DNA of 55,788 nt from Fidelibacterota bacterium (GTDB lineage: Bacteria > Fidelibacterota > UBA2242): the NCBI GenBank assembly GCA_011046365.1, contig DSAS01000024.1, positions 1 through 55,788 of the forward strand, given 5' to 3'. Below are positions 9,578 to 19,449 of this stretch, one piece after another. Numbering within the stretch: position 1 is the first letter of the stretch; each line of letters starts with the position of its first letter. A program made the position numbers and the translations under genes. Below the pieces are notes generated by a model. The model saw only the letters and a list, made by a program, of their open reading frames with translations. It ran no database searches and was not told the DNA's origin.

Positions 9578-11030
9578 AGAAACTATAAAAATTCTGAAAG
9601 GGATAAAGTGTTCTCGCCATGGTAATCTGCCTGAGAGAATCAACTCGCTTCAGCTTAATTCCAAAGAGGTCAAAGCGGGTGATCTGTTCTTTGCTCTGCG
9701 TGGCGAACAAACCGACGGTCATAAATTTATCCCGGAAGCCGTCCGCAATAATGCCGCCGCTGTCGTCGCAGAAAAATTAACTGAAAATCTTGCCGTTCCC
9801 CAGATTATTGTGTCGGATAGCCGGGCAGCTCTGGCGCAAGTCGCCGCCAATTTCTACGGACATCCCTCCCGCCACTTGAAAATTATCGGCGTCACCGGCA
9901 CCAACGGTAAAACCACTACCGTTTATCTCCTGAATCAAATTTTTAAATCCGCCCAAAAATCAAGAGGAACGATCGGGACGCTCGGGTACTCCATCAACGA
10001 TCATTATCAGCTGCTGAATTTAACAACGCCCGACTCGATCCAGCTGCAGCAAATATTAAGCGAAATGGTGGTGGCGAAGGTCGAATATGTCGCCATGGAA
10101 GTATCTGCCCATGCCCTGTCGCTGAACCGGGTGGACACGATTGACTTTCTGGGCGGTATATTTACAAATATATCCCAGGATCACCTGGATTTTTACGGTG
10201 ATATGACTCATTATATCGCTGCCAAAACCCGCCTTTTTAAAGCGGTCAGCGATAAGGGTTTCCGTCTCTCCAACGCCGATGATCCTCATGCCCCGGATTT
10301 CAACCAGACCGGCAGCGCTCCTCTCTTTACTTACGGGATGAAAAAGACCGCGGATTTCAGCTGGAGTCCCGGTGTGGAATACCGTACCAGTATCTCCGGC
10401 ACAATAATTTATAAAAATAGACGAATTCCAGTGACATCAAAACTCTCCGGCTATTTCAATCTCAGTAATATTCTGGCTGCTGCGGGAACCGCTATCTGTT
10501 GCGGACTTTCCGCCGAGCAGATCAGCGATGCTCTGAGTAAAGTACAATATATACCCGGGCGGGTTCAGGAAATTACCCGACCAGGTGCACCGCGCGTATT
10601 CGTAGATTACGCCCACACCCCGGATGCAATCGTTAACGTATTAACCGCTCTGCGCAATCTTGTTCCCCCGGAAGGTAAATTGATCACCCTATTCGGTTGC
10701 GGTGGTAACCGGGACAGAAGTAAACGCCCACAAATGGCTGCTGCGGCTGCCACTCATTCTGACTTTGTCATTATAACGACGGATAATCCGCGTCATGAAG
10801 AACCTGAAGATATTATTTGCGATGCGCTTGCCGGTTTCCCGCCGGACTGCTCGTATAAAAAAATCGTCAATCGGAAAGCCGCGATTGAATCCGCTATCCG
10901 GAATGCGGCATCCAATGACATTATCGCCATTCTGGGAAAAGGGCACGAAAATTACCAGGAGATAAAAGGCGTTAAGTACCCCTTTAGTGATGTAGAAATT
11001 GTCAAAGAGTATATTAATGATAACCGCTGA
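9570..11030 (+). CDS. murE: UDP-MurNAc-dipeptide:meso-DAP ligase MurE
   Basis: GVTGTNGKTTT, MEVSAH, DHLDF, VDYAHTPD, FGCGGNRD and DNPR (meso-DAP specificity motif). TTG start overlaps the ftsI stop. Confidence 0.96.
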   Translation: MNRETIKILKGIKCSRHGNLPERINSLQLNSKEVKAGDLFFALRGEQTDGHKFIPEAVRNNAAAVVAEKLTENLAVPQIIVSDSRAALAQVAANFYGHPSRHLKIIGVTGTNGKTTTVYLLNQIFKSAQKSRGTIGTLGYSINDHYQLLNLTTPDSIQLQQILSEMVVAKVEYVAMEVSAHALSLNRVDTIDFLGGIFTNISQDHLDFYGDMTHYIAAKTRLFKAVSDKGFRLSNADDPHAPDFNQTGSAPLFTYGMKKTADFSWSPGVEYRTSISGTIIYKNRRIPVTSKLSGYFNLSNILAAAGTAICCGLSAEQISDALSKVQYIPGRVQEITRPGAPRVFVDYAHTPDAIVNVLTALRNLVPPEGKLITLFGCGGNRDRSKRPQMAAAAATHSDFVIITTDNPRHEEPEDIICDALAGFPPDCSYKKIVNRKAAIESAIRNAASNDIIAILGKGHENYQEIKGVKYPFSDVEIVKEYINDNR

Positions 11031-12369
11031 GATCATCCGCCAAACAGGATACGGAGAATTGACCAATTTCGATTCAGCAGCCACCGACGTGGTCATTGAC
11101 AGTCGGCAGGTATCCGGTAATTCGATCTTCGTGGCGTTACCCGGCGAACAAACCGACGGTCATCGCTTTGTCCGGCAGGCACTCGCCGGTGGTGCAGTGT
11201 TGTGCATTGTTGCCAAAAAGTGGGCTGAACAAAATCCTGGTCAACGGTTGCCATTGTGGATCACCGATTCACCGGTAACTGCTTTGCAGAAATTGGCACA
11301 AACCTGGCGCAATCAGTTTCAGATTCCCGTGCTGGCAATCACGGGAACCAACGGAAAAACCACCACACGGGCAATGTGTGCCGCCATTCTGGCGAAGAAA
11401 TTCAATCTGCACACCACGCCCGGTAATCTCAATAATCAATTGGGATTGCCGCTGACGCTGTTAAGGATAAAGTCCGAGAATACCTTCAGCCTTCTGGAAC
11501 TGGGCACCAATCACTTTGGAGAAATCGCCTTGCTGTGCGAATTAGCCAAACCGAGCGCCGGGTTGATCACCAATATTGGCTTTGGTCATACGGAGTTTTT
11601 CAAGTCGAAAGCGGGTGTGGCGAAAGCAAAGCGGGAATTGTTCGACGCCCTGGATACCGACGGTACCGCCTTTATCAATCTGAATGATGAATATATCCGC
11701 GAAATGAATCCCAAATGCCGTCAAATTACCTACGGAATGCAGGTGGAAGCTGCCGCTTATTCCGGCAAGATTGACGATTTTGACGATAACGGCTGTGCCA
11801 CACTGACCGTCAATCGAAATATTCGGATTAAATTGAATACTCCCGGAAAGGCAATGGCGCACAATGCCCTTGCGGCTGTAGCCGTTGGTCAGCATTTTGA
11901 AGTCGAGCCGAACGAAATCATTACTGCTCTGGAATCCTTCCGACCGTTACAGCAGCGATTTAATCAAATCAGGGCAGCCGGCTGCCGGATTATCAATGAC
12001 GCTTACAATGCCAATCCCGATAGCACCCGCTCGGCGATTGAAACATTTACAGCGATGCGGCTCCCCGGACGCCGGATTCTGGTGTTTGGTGATATGTTTG
12101 AATTGGGCACACTATCCGAAGCATGTCATCAGGAAATCGGAAAACTGATCGCCGAGTCTCCCATTGATCAGGTCTACCTGTATGGACCGCTAACAGAAGT
12201 CACTCATGCAGCCATCCGGGCTGCCGGTGGACCTGAATCCCGGCATTTTCACAACAAAAGCGACCTGCTGAAAGCATTGCAAAACGAGATCAGATCCGAC
12301 GATACGGTCCTGGTAAAGGGCTCACGGGGAAATCAACTCGAAGAAATCATAGAAGGGTTAATAAATTAG
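11017..12369 (+). CDS. murF: UDP-MurNAc-tripeptide:D-Ala-D-Ala ligase MurF
   Basis: IDSR, ITGTNGKTTT, NNQLGLPLT, NDAYNANP, KGSRG. ATG 11017 chosen over TTG 10999. Confidence 0.96.
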   Translation: MITAEIIRQTGYGELTNFDSAATDVVIDSRQVSGNSIFVALPGEQTDGHRFVRQALAGGAVLCIVAKKWAEQNPGQRLPLWITDSPVTALQKLAQTWRNQFQIPVLAITGTNGKTTTRAMCAAILAKKFNLHTTPGNLNNQLGLPLTLLRIKSENTFSLLELGTNHFGEIALLCELAKPSAGLITNIGFGHTEFFKSKAGVAKAKRELFDALDTDGTAFINLNDEYIREMNPKCRQITYGMQVEAAAYSGKIDDFDDNGCATLTVNRNIRIKLNTPGKAMAHNALAAVAVGQHFEVEPNEIITALESFRPLQQRFNQIRAAGCRIINDAYNANPDSTRSAIETFTAMRLPGRRILVFGDMFELGTLSEACHQEIGKLIAESPIDQVYLYGPLTEVTHAAIRAAGGPESRHFHNKSDLLKALQNEIRSDDTVLVKGSRGNQLEEIIEGLIN

Positions 12370-13473
12370 ATGTTATACCACCTTCTCGTGCCATTAAAAA
12401 AATATGTCAGCGGTTTAAATCTGTTTCAGTATATCACTATCCGGGCTGCCATGGCAGCTATCACAGCGCTGTTGATCAGTTTTATCGTCGGTCCTTATGT
12501 ATTGAGAATATTACAGAAGAGACAGATCGGCGAGACTATTCGCGAGGACGGACCCCCTTCCCACCTTTCCAAAAGTGGTACTCCGACAATGGGTGGTATT
12601 ATTATCCTGAATGCCGTGATTTTTCCGGTTCTGCTGTGGGCAGATTTGAAAAGTATTTACATCATCCTCGCCGTTGTTGCTACGCTCTGGATGGGTGGCA
12701 TCGGATTTTTGGATGATTATTTAAAGGTAATAAAAAAATACAAAAAAGGGCTGATTGCCCGTTACAAATTATGCGGTCAGATCGGATTAGGGCTTATCAT
12801 CGGCGGCTATCTCTACTTTGCTCCGGAATTCGAAGCTGTTCGCGGACTGACTTCGGTACCCTTTTTTAAAAATCTGGAAATCAACCTGGGGCTTTTTTAT
12901 ATCCCCTTTGTGGTGTTTGTCCTGACTGCCGGCTCGAATTCCGTCAATCTCACCGATGGTCTCGACGGTCTGGCGTCAGGATTGATGGGAATTGCGGCAC
13001 TGACTTTTGCGGTTATTTCTTACGTCACCGGGCGAACAGACTTCAGTCATTACTTAAATACAATCTATCTGCCGGGAAGCGGTGAACTGACGGTTTTTTG
13101 CGCCGCTTTCACCGGCGGAATTCTCGGATTCCTGTGGTACAATAGCAAACCGGCAGAGGTTTTTATGGGCGATACCGGTTCGCTTTCCATGGGCACTGCA
13201 CTCTGGACTATCGCCATTTTGCTGAAAAAAGAATTGCTGTTCGTCCTGATTGGCGGCGTATTTGTCGCCGAAACCGCTTCGGTTCTGCTCCAGGTCGGAT
13301 ATTTTAAATATACACGACGTAAAACGGGAACCGGCAAGCGGATTTTTCTGATGGCGCCTCTGCATCACCATTTTGAAATGAAAGGTTGGGCGGAAAGCAA
13401 AATTGTCATCCGGTTCTGGATTATCGGAATTTTACTGGCGGTTTTAAGCTTGAGCAGTTTTAAGATATTATGA
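12370..13473 (+). CDS. mraY: Phospho-N-acetylmuramoyl-pentapeptide transferase MraY
   Basis: KSGTPTMGG, LDDY, NLTDGLDGL, FMGDTGS, MAPLHHHFE; multiple TM helices. Confidence 0.97.
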   Translation: MLYHLLVPLKKYVSGLNLFQYITIRAAMAAITALLISFIVGPYVLRILQKRQIGETIREDGPPSHLSKSGTPTMGGIIILNAVIFPVLLWADLKSIYIILAVVATLWMGGIGFLDDYLKVIKKYKKGLIARYKLCGQIGLGLIIGGYLYFAPEFEAVRGLTSVPFFKNLEINLGLFYIPFVVFVLTAGSNSVNLTDGLDGLASGLMGIAALTFAVISYVTGRTDFSHYLNTIYLPGSGELTVFCAAFTGGILGFLWYNSKPAEVFMGDTGSLSMGTALWTIAILLKKELLFVLIGGVFVAETASVLLQVGYFKYTRRKTGTGKRIFLMAPLHHHFEMKGWAESKIVIRFWIIGILLAVLSLSSFKIL

Positions 13474-14858
13474 TGGACGTGTCGAAATTACCTACTGATG
13501 TTTCGGGTAAAAAAATTACCGTGCTGGGAGCGCGCCGTAGCGGTGTTGCCGTCGCCGAGCTGCTGGCACACAAGGGCGCCGATGTCCTGCTGTCCGACAT
13601 CAATCCGGTCAGCTTCACCGCTCCGCAGCAGCAAGTCATCAAGTCACTGAACATTAAAACCGAGTTCGGAGAGCACAGCCTACTGGTTTTACGTGCCGAT
13701 CTGGTGGTCATCAGTCCGGGAATTCCGGCAACCGCCGCGGTGGTTCGAAAAATTGAGGCGGCGGCGATTCCAATCGTCAGTGAGATCGAGGCAGCTTACT
13801 GGTTCATGCCGGCGGCGGATATTATCGCGGTAACCGGTTCTAACGGCAAGACTACCACCACGACACTGATCTATGAAATGTTTAAAAACAGTCCGTACGA
13901 TGTCTACTGCGGCGGCAATATCGGGACGCCCTTTTCAGCCTTGATTCCGCAATCTCTCGACAATACCGGTAAATCTAAGGTGTTCATTCTGGAGATAAGC
14001 AGCTTTCAGCTGGAACGGATTATCCATTTTCATCCCAATGTTGCCATTATTCTCAATGTAACCGAAGATCACATGGATCGCTACGATCACAATATCAAGC
14101 GTTATCTGCAGGCAAAATTGAACATCAGTAAAAATCAAACGGAATCCGATCGCTATATCTATTTTTCCGATGACAAATTGCTGAAAAACAACCTGCCTGA
14201 GGGTCCAGAAAAATTGCCTTTCGGTTTAATAAATATTCCGGGCATGCATTTTACCGCAGACCGGAAAACCATTTACAAGGCGGATGGTCAGGCGTTGCTT
14301 GCCAGGAAAGATATTTCTCTGCTGGGCGAGCACAATTTGCTCAACATTCTGGCAGCCCTGAACGCCGTTGAAGGGTATACGCTTCCGGAAGAAAAGGTTA
14401 TCCAAACGCTGCGCCGATTCAGAGGAATCGAGCACCGTCTCGAATACGTGCAGACAATCGCCGGCGTAGAATATTATAACGATTCAAAAGCCACCAATGT
14501 GGAGTCGGTCAGATACGCCTTACGAAGTTTTTCCAAACCGGTCGTCATCATCCTCGGCGGACGGGACAAGGATGCAGATTTTACACTGTTGCTGCCTGAA
14601 TTGCAGCAACACGCCAAGCACGCAATCCTCATCGGGGAAGCATCCCCAAAGATTGAAGTGGTCATTCGGGACACAATCCCCTTCAGCCATGCCGATTCAT
14701 TGCAGGCGGCGGTGGAAACGGCGGCTCAAATAGCCGCAGCCGGTGAGATCGTCTTACTCGCGCCTGCCTGTGCCAGTTTCGACATGTTTGAAAATTATGA
14801 ACACCGTGGTCGGGTATTCAAGAAAATCGTGACAGCAATGACAGAAAAAGAAGCATGA
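13470..14858 (+). CDS. murD: UDP-MurNAc-L-Ala:D-Glu ligase MurD
   Basis: ISPGIP, TGSNGKTTT, LEISSFQL, DHMDRY, YNDSKATN, APACASFDMF. Confidence 0.97.
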   Translation: MMDVSKLPTDVSGKKITVLGARRSGVAVAELLAHKGADVLLSDINPVSFTAPQQQVIKSLNIKTEFGEHSLLVLRADLVVISPGIPATAAVVRKIEAAAIPIVSEIEAAYWFMPAADIIAVTGSNGKTTTTTLIYEMFKNSPYDVYCGGNIGTPFSALIPQSLDNTGKSKVFILEISSFQLERIIHFHPNVAIILNVTEDHMDRYDHNIKRYLQAKLNISKNQTESDRYIYFSDDKLLKNNLPEGPEKLPFGLINIPGMHFTADRKTIYKADGQALLARKDISLLGEHNLLNILAALNAVEGYTLPEEKVIQTLRRFRGIEHRLEYVQTIAGVEYYNDSKATNVESVRYALRSFSKPVVIILGGRDKDADFTLLLPELQQHAKHAILIGEASPKIEVVIRDTIPFSHADSLQAAVETAAQIAAAGEIVLLAPACASFDMFENYEHRGRVFKKIVTAMTEKEA

Positions 14859-15991
14859 AAACCCATCATAATCAGTCAATTGACCAATTTTTCTTTATTG
14901 TGACCATCCTCTTGATCGGTATCGGCTTCGTTATTCAATACAGTGCCAGTTCTTCCCTGGCGGCGGCTAAATTCAACGATCCGGGCTTCTATATGCGCGG
15001 ACATTTTATCCGATTAGTCTCTGGATTTCTGGTCGGTCTGTTTTTTCTGAGGCTGAATTATCACCACCTGGAAAAATTCGCCTTCTGGCTGGTTTTATTA
15101 GCCATGCTTACGCTGATTTTGACGCTGATTATCAATCGAACCGGTAATTCCGCAACGGCGCGCTGGTTGCAGCTGGGACCCTTTCGTTTTCAGCCGTCGG
15201 AGCTGGCAAAATTCGCTCTGATTGTATACCTCGCCTCCTTTTTTGACCGACACCAGCAAGACATTGATAATTTTCGAAAAGGCTTTTTACCACCGGCAAT
15301 TATTATGACGGTCATGATGGTTTTAATCGTGATTGAACCCGATTTCAGTACCGGGGCAGTGATTGCATTTATCAGCATCCTGATCATGATCATCGCCGGC
15401 ACCAAACTAGTCTATCTCTCTCCTTTCGCCGGACTTTTCATAATATTTTCCATCATCACGGTAATCCGGTCACCTTATAAAATGAGACGCATTCTGAGCG
15501 CTTTCAGCAACGAAGCAGACCTGCAGGGTGCCGGTTACCAGATTAACCAGTCGCTGATTACTCTCGGAAATGGTGGGTTTTGGGGACGCGGACTTGCCGG
15601 CAGCGTCGAAAAAAACCTGTTTCTGCCCGAACCGCACACGGATTTTGTCTTTTCGGTTGCCGGCGAAGAGTTTGGTTTCATTGGCGCCCTGTTTCTGATG
15701 GTTCTGTTTTTAGCACTGTTTATCCGGGGTATTCAAATATCAATTCGATCCGCCACGGTTTTCGGAAATTTAGTCGGCAGCGGACTGGCTCTCAGTATGT
15801 TTATTTATGTATTAGCGAATGTAGGAGTTGTCACGGGAATCCTGCCGGTAACCGGTCTGCCTTTACCATTTTTAAGCTACGGCGGTTCCGCAATGCTCTA
15901 CAACTTCGCCTGTATCGGCATCTTACTCAATATTTCCAAAACAATGATATCAAAAGAAAAACCTCTTAGATTGGTGACAATTAATGGCTGA
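14855..15991 (+). CDS. ftsW: SEDS peptidoglycan polymerase FtsW
   Basis: RW...QPSELAK, EPDF, LPEPHTDF, GEEFG, LPFLSYGGS. Confidence 0.96.
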   Translation: MKTHHNQSIDQFFFIVTILLIGIGFVIQYSASSSLAAAKFNDPGFYMRGHFIRLVSGFLVGLFFLRLNYHHLEKFAFWLVLLAMLTLILTLIINRTGNSATARWLQLGPFRFQPSELAKFALIVYLASFFDRHQQDIDNFRKGFLPPAIIMTVMMVLIVIEPDFSTGAVIAFISILIMIIAGTKLVYLSPFAGLFIIFSIITVIRSPYKMRRILSAFSNEADLQGAGYQINQSLITLGNGGFWGRGLAGSVEKNLFLPEPHTDFVFSVAGEEFGFIGALFLMVLFLALFIRGIQISIRSATVFGNLVGSGLALSMFIYVLANVGVVTGILPVTGLPLPFLSYGGSAMLYNFACIGILLNISKTMISKEKPLRLVTING

Positions 15992-17126
15992 CAAAAGCGC
16001 AGATCAAAAGCTGTTGAAAATCCTGATTGCCGGTGGCGGCACCGGCGGTCACCTTTTCCCGGCGATTGCCCTGCTGGAGGAGTTTCGGACAAGAGGCTCT
16101 GAAAATTTGAAATTTGAGTTTCTCTTTATCGGTACGGAACACGGGCTGGAATCCTCAGTTTTGCCGAACCTGGGTTATCACTTCCGAAAAATCTGGATTC
16201 GCGGATTTCAGCGCGGCTTTTCGCCCCGAGATATTTTGGTCAATCTACTCTTCCCGGTGCGGCTGCTGGTCAGTTTGGTGCAATCCTATTTCCTGATCCG
16301 ACAGTTCGACCCGGACTTGGCTATCGGTACCGGCGGTTACACTGCAGGACCACCGCTCCGCATCGCCGCAATGCTGAAGGTGCCGATTTTTCTGCATGAA
16401 CAAAACGTCTTCCCCGGAAAAACAACGCGTATGCTCAGTAAACGGGCAAAACGCATCTATACGTCCTTTGAAGATACCCGGGAATATATAGACAACATTA
16501 TCTGTTACGGAACTCCTCTGCGCCGCTCGCTTGAGTCTGTACCCAGAGAGCAAGGAATCCAATTTTTTGAGCTGCAAAACGGTCTCACTACGATATTCAT
16601 TTTCGGTGGAAGTCAGGGCTCAAGGGCAATTAACAACTATTGGAGAGAACATTTGGACAACTTCACAGCCCGATTGACATGTCAATTTATCTGGCAAACG
16701 GGGCAGAATGATTTCGAAGAAATCAAATTTCGCTTCGCCGAAAATCCAAATGTCTACATAACGCCCTTTATTCACGAAATGGGAATCGCCTACTCTGCTT
16801 CCGATATTATTATCAGCCGCGCCGGCGCCCTGACTCTCGCAGAACTCTGTCTCTACGGCAAGCCGTCTATCCTGATCCCGCTCCCTACCGCCGCGGGCAA
16901 CCATCAGGAAATTAATGCCCGGATTATGGAAAAAGAGGGGGCTTCCATCATCATACCGCAGAAGAATCTGAATTCGGAATTAATGGAGATTTCCTTAAAG
17001 GAGATTGTCGAAAATCGGGAGAAACGAGAACAGATGGCACAAAATGCTAAAAAATTGGCTCGCGCGGATTCGGCTAAATTGATTGTTGATGATATTTTAA
17101 AAACCATGACGAGTGATGTTCGGTAA
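15984..17126 (+). CDS. murG: Lipid I GlcNAc transferase MurG
   Basis: AGGGTGGH, GTGGY, HEQN, GGSQG, SRAGALT, HQEINA. Confidence 0.97.
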   Translation: MADKSADQKLLKILIAGGGTGGHLFPAIALLEEFRTRGSENLKFEFLFIGTEHGLESSVLPNLGYHFRKIWIRGFQRGFSPRDILVNLLFPVRLLVSLVQSYFLIRQFDPDLAIGTGGYTAGPPLRIAAMLKVPIFLHEQNVFPGKTTRMLSKRAKRIYTSFEDTREYIDNIICYGTPLRRSLESVPREQGIQFFELQNGLTTIFIFGGSQGSRAINNYWREHLDNFTARLTCQFIWQTGQNDFEEIKFRFAENPNVYITPFIHEMGIAYSASDIIISRAGALTLAELCLYGKPSILIPLPTAAGNHQEINARIMEKEGASIIIPQKNLNSELMEISLKEIVENREKREQMAQNAKKLARADSAKLIVDDILKTMTSDVR

Positions 17127-18495
17127 CCTGAAAAAAATGCACTTTATCGGAATTGGCGGCATCGGTATGAGCGGTCTGGCGGAGCTTTTAAACCACTGGG
17201 GATACACTGTCAGCGGTTCCGATATTAATTATTCAGACAATATTCTGCGGCTTGAAAAGAGTGGCATCCGTATATTTATCGGACATCATCCAAAAAATCT
17301 GAAGGACGCAGATGTCGTCATCTATACCTCCGCCGTAAGTTCCGACAATCCGGAGCTGTCGAAAGCCCGCAAGCTGGGCATCCCCACCATCAAGCGAGCT
17401 AAAATGCTTGGCGAAATACTCCGCATCCGACCAAACAGTATCGCTGTCTCCGGTACCCACGGGAAAACCACCACTACATCATTGATCGGTCATATCTTCA
17501 CCGAAGCCGGTTGCGACCCACTGATCATATCCGGCGGTGTGATTCAAAAGCTGAATTCCAACGTCCGCAGCGGCAACGGTGATACCATTATTCTGGAAGC
17601 CGACGAATACGATCAATCATTCCTGCAACTCTATCCCACCCACATTGTAATCACCACAATTGACGAGGAACATCTGGAAATTTACAGCGATATGGACAAT
17701 CTGAAGGTGAAATTCACGGAGTTCGCCAACCGGGTGCCCTTTTATGGTAAAGTAATAGCCAATGAAGACGATGCGCACGTGAAGGAAATTTTACCCGAGA
17801 TCACGGTCCCTCTTCTCACCTATTCACTAAAAAGAGAAGCCGATCTACAGGTAAAAAATATCACCCTGCAACAGTCTCACAGCACCTTCAATGTTTATCG
17901 TAATGGTAACCAACTGGGAACGATCAGCCTGCCATTACCCGGTCGGCATAACATTCAGAACTGTTTAGCAGCAATCCTGATCAGTATGGAATACGAACTC
18001 CCTTTCAAAACCATTCAGCAGGCGATTGAGACATTCCGTGGAGTCCAGAGACGCTTTGAAATAGTTTACCAAAGCGAAGACCTGGTACTGGTTGATGATT
18101 ACGCCCACCATCCCGGTGAAATCAAGGCAACCCTACAAGCCGCCCGCCTGGGTTGGAAACGGCGCATAGTGGCTATTTTTCAGCCTCATCTCTATAGCCG
18201 GACACAAAAACTATACAAACGCTTCGCCGAGGAGCTGGAGCACGCTGACGTGCTTATTATCCTCGATGTCTATCCGGCGCGTGAAAAACCGGTACCCGGC
18301 GTATCCGGTCAGCTGATCGAAGGTATTCTCCGGACCAAGGGAATGTCAAATGTCCATTATGTGCACAAACTTGCCGAGGTGCCGAATCTGATTAAGTCAC
18401 TCTACAAACCCGGCGATATGATTATTACCCTCGGCGCCGGGAATGTCAATACTATTATAAAAACAATTAAACAGGATTTAACAACCGGTGGATAA
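17116..18495 (+). CDS. murC: UDP-MurNAc:L-Ala ligase MurC
   Basis: HFIGIGGIGMSG, GTHGKTTT, EADEYD, DDYAHHP, FQPHLYSRT. Start is ATG 17116 or GTG 17113. Confidence 0.97.
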   Translation: MFGNLKKMHFIGIGGIGMSGLAELLNHWGYTVSGSDINYSDNILRLEKSGIRIFIGHHPKNLKDADVVIYTSAVSSDNPELSKARKLGIPTIKRAKMLGEILRIRPNSIAVSGTHGKTTTTSLIGHIFTEAGCDPLIISGGVIQKLNSNVRSGNGDTIILEADEYDQSFLQLYPTHIVITTIDEEHLEIYSDMDNLKVKFTEFANRVPFYGKVIANEDDAHVKEILPEITVPLLTYSLKREADLQVKNITLQQSHSTFNVYRNGNQLGTISLPLPGRHNIQNCLAAILISMEYELPFKTIQQAIETFRGVQRRFEIVYQSEDLVLVDDYAHHPGEIKATLQAARLGWKRRIVAIFQPHLYSRTQKLYKRFAEELEHADVLIILDVYPAREKPVPGVSGQLIEGILRTKGMSNVHYVHKLAEVPNLIKSLYKPGDMIITLGAGNVNTIIKTIKQDLTTGG

Positions 18496-18658
18496 ATTGA
18501 GTATTAGATCAACTGACAGGTTTACATCAGGGTTCTCAGGCTTTTTGGGGGGCGACCATAAAGGCAGCTGGCTCTATGGTTCGGACGATCGGACCGAATC
18601 CCTTATGGTTTATATTGAGAACCCTGATTTGCCTGTTAAGGACAGTTACAGACAATGA
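18488..18658 (+). CDS. Possible 56-aa ORF bridging murC and ftsQ (MDKLSIRSTDRFTSGFSGFLGGDHKGSWLYGSDDRTESLMVYIENPDLPVKDSYRQ)
   Basis: GTG 18488 overlaps the end of murC. The frame stays open to TGA 18656-18658, which overlaps the ftsQ ATG (ATGA). No recognisable family. Confidence 0.35.
   Translation: MDKLSIRSTDRFTSGFSGFLGGDHKGSWLYGSDDRTESLMVYIENPDLPVKDSYRQ
18511..18647. other. Long nested inverted repeat (rod-like structure; candidate ncRNA, cis-regulatory element or MITE-like relic)
   Basis: Nested pairings from outside in: AACTG/CAGTT, ACAGG/CCTGT, perfect 13-bp ATCAGGGTTCTCA (18526-18538)/TGAGAACCCTGAT (18616-18628), ACCATAA(A)GG/CCTTATGGT, GGTTCGG/CCGAATC. Confidence 0.6.
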
Positions 18659-19437
18659 AAACCACAGAAGAAACCAAATATCCGGTAATTAAACTGATTT
18701 TTCGACTGCTTTTCGGGTTGGGATCATTGACCAGCTTCGTTTTCCTGATTTATGGCGCCATTTCCTGGTGCAATTACATTGATCTTTTTAAAGTAAGCGC
18801 AATCAATATCCAGGGCATTTCGATTTTAACGGAAAACGATATTCTCCAGATGGCTGATATCGGTCTTGATATTCATATTCAGTCGCTGGATCCGGCAACC
18901 ATTCAAGCCCGACTTGAACAAAATCCATATATCAAAGCCGCCGCCGTGAGCAAAGCCTATCCCAACCAGGTCAATATTCTCATCAGCGAACGAATACCCA
19001 TTTGCTACATCCATCACAAAGAACTCTTTCTCGTTGACGCTGAGGGTATTGTATTACCCATCCCCAAACAGCCGCTGGGCAGCAATCCACCGGTGATTTC
19101 CGGTTTTGACGATGACTCACTGGACTACCTGCCCGGCTACTATGTGCCCAATCAAAAATTACGGGATATTGTTGAGATTGTTCATGCGACTCTCATATCT
19201 GCACCGGAGCTCTATGCCGAAATATCGGAAATGCATTATTGGGAGAACGGCAATTTTATTTTATATACAGTCAACAGTGGCACACCCATCTATCTGGGTA
19301 ACGGTAATTTGCCCGATCAGCTCAGTATTTTGGCAAATTTTCAAAACCGGTTAAACGGCAGACGCAATTTAAGCGATTATCAATATCTTGATCTTCGCTG
19401 GAATAAACAGATCGTTGTAAAAGAAAGACGTTCATAG
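18655..19437 (+). CDS. ftsQ: Cell division protein FtsQ/DivIB
   Basis: TM helix, POTRA-like segment (LEQNPYIKAAAVSKAYPNQVNILISERIP) and YLDLRW; directly upstream of ftsA. Confidence 0.93.
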   Translation: MKTTEETKYPVIKLIFRLLFGLGSLTSFVFLIYGAISWCNYIDLFKVSAINIQGISILTENDILQMADIGLDIHIQSLDPATIQARLEQNPYIKAAAVSKAYPNQVNILISERIPICYIHHKELFLVDAEGIVLPIPKQPLGSNPPVISGFDDDSLDYLPGYYVPNQKLRDIVEIVHATLISAPELYAEISEMHYWENGNFILYTVNSGTPIYLGNGNLPDQLSILANFQNRLNGRRNLSDYQYLDLRWNKQIVVKERRS

Positions 19438-19449
19438 GATGAAAAACCG

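Noticed and set aside
13204-13206. Trp in MraY (GTALWT) where a small residue is usual
   Set aside because: A single-codon oddity that may be lineage variation or a base-call error; the catalytic motifs are intact.
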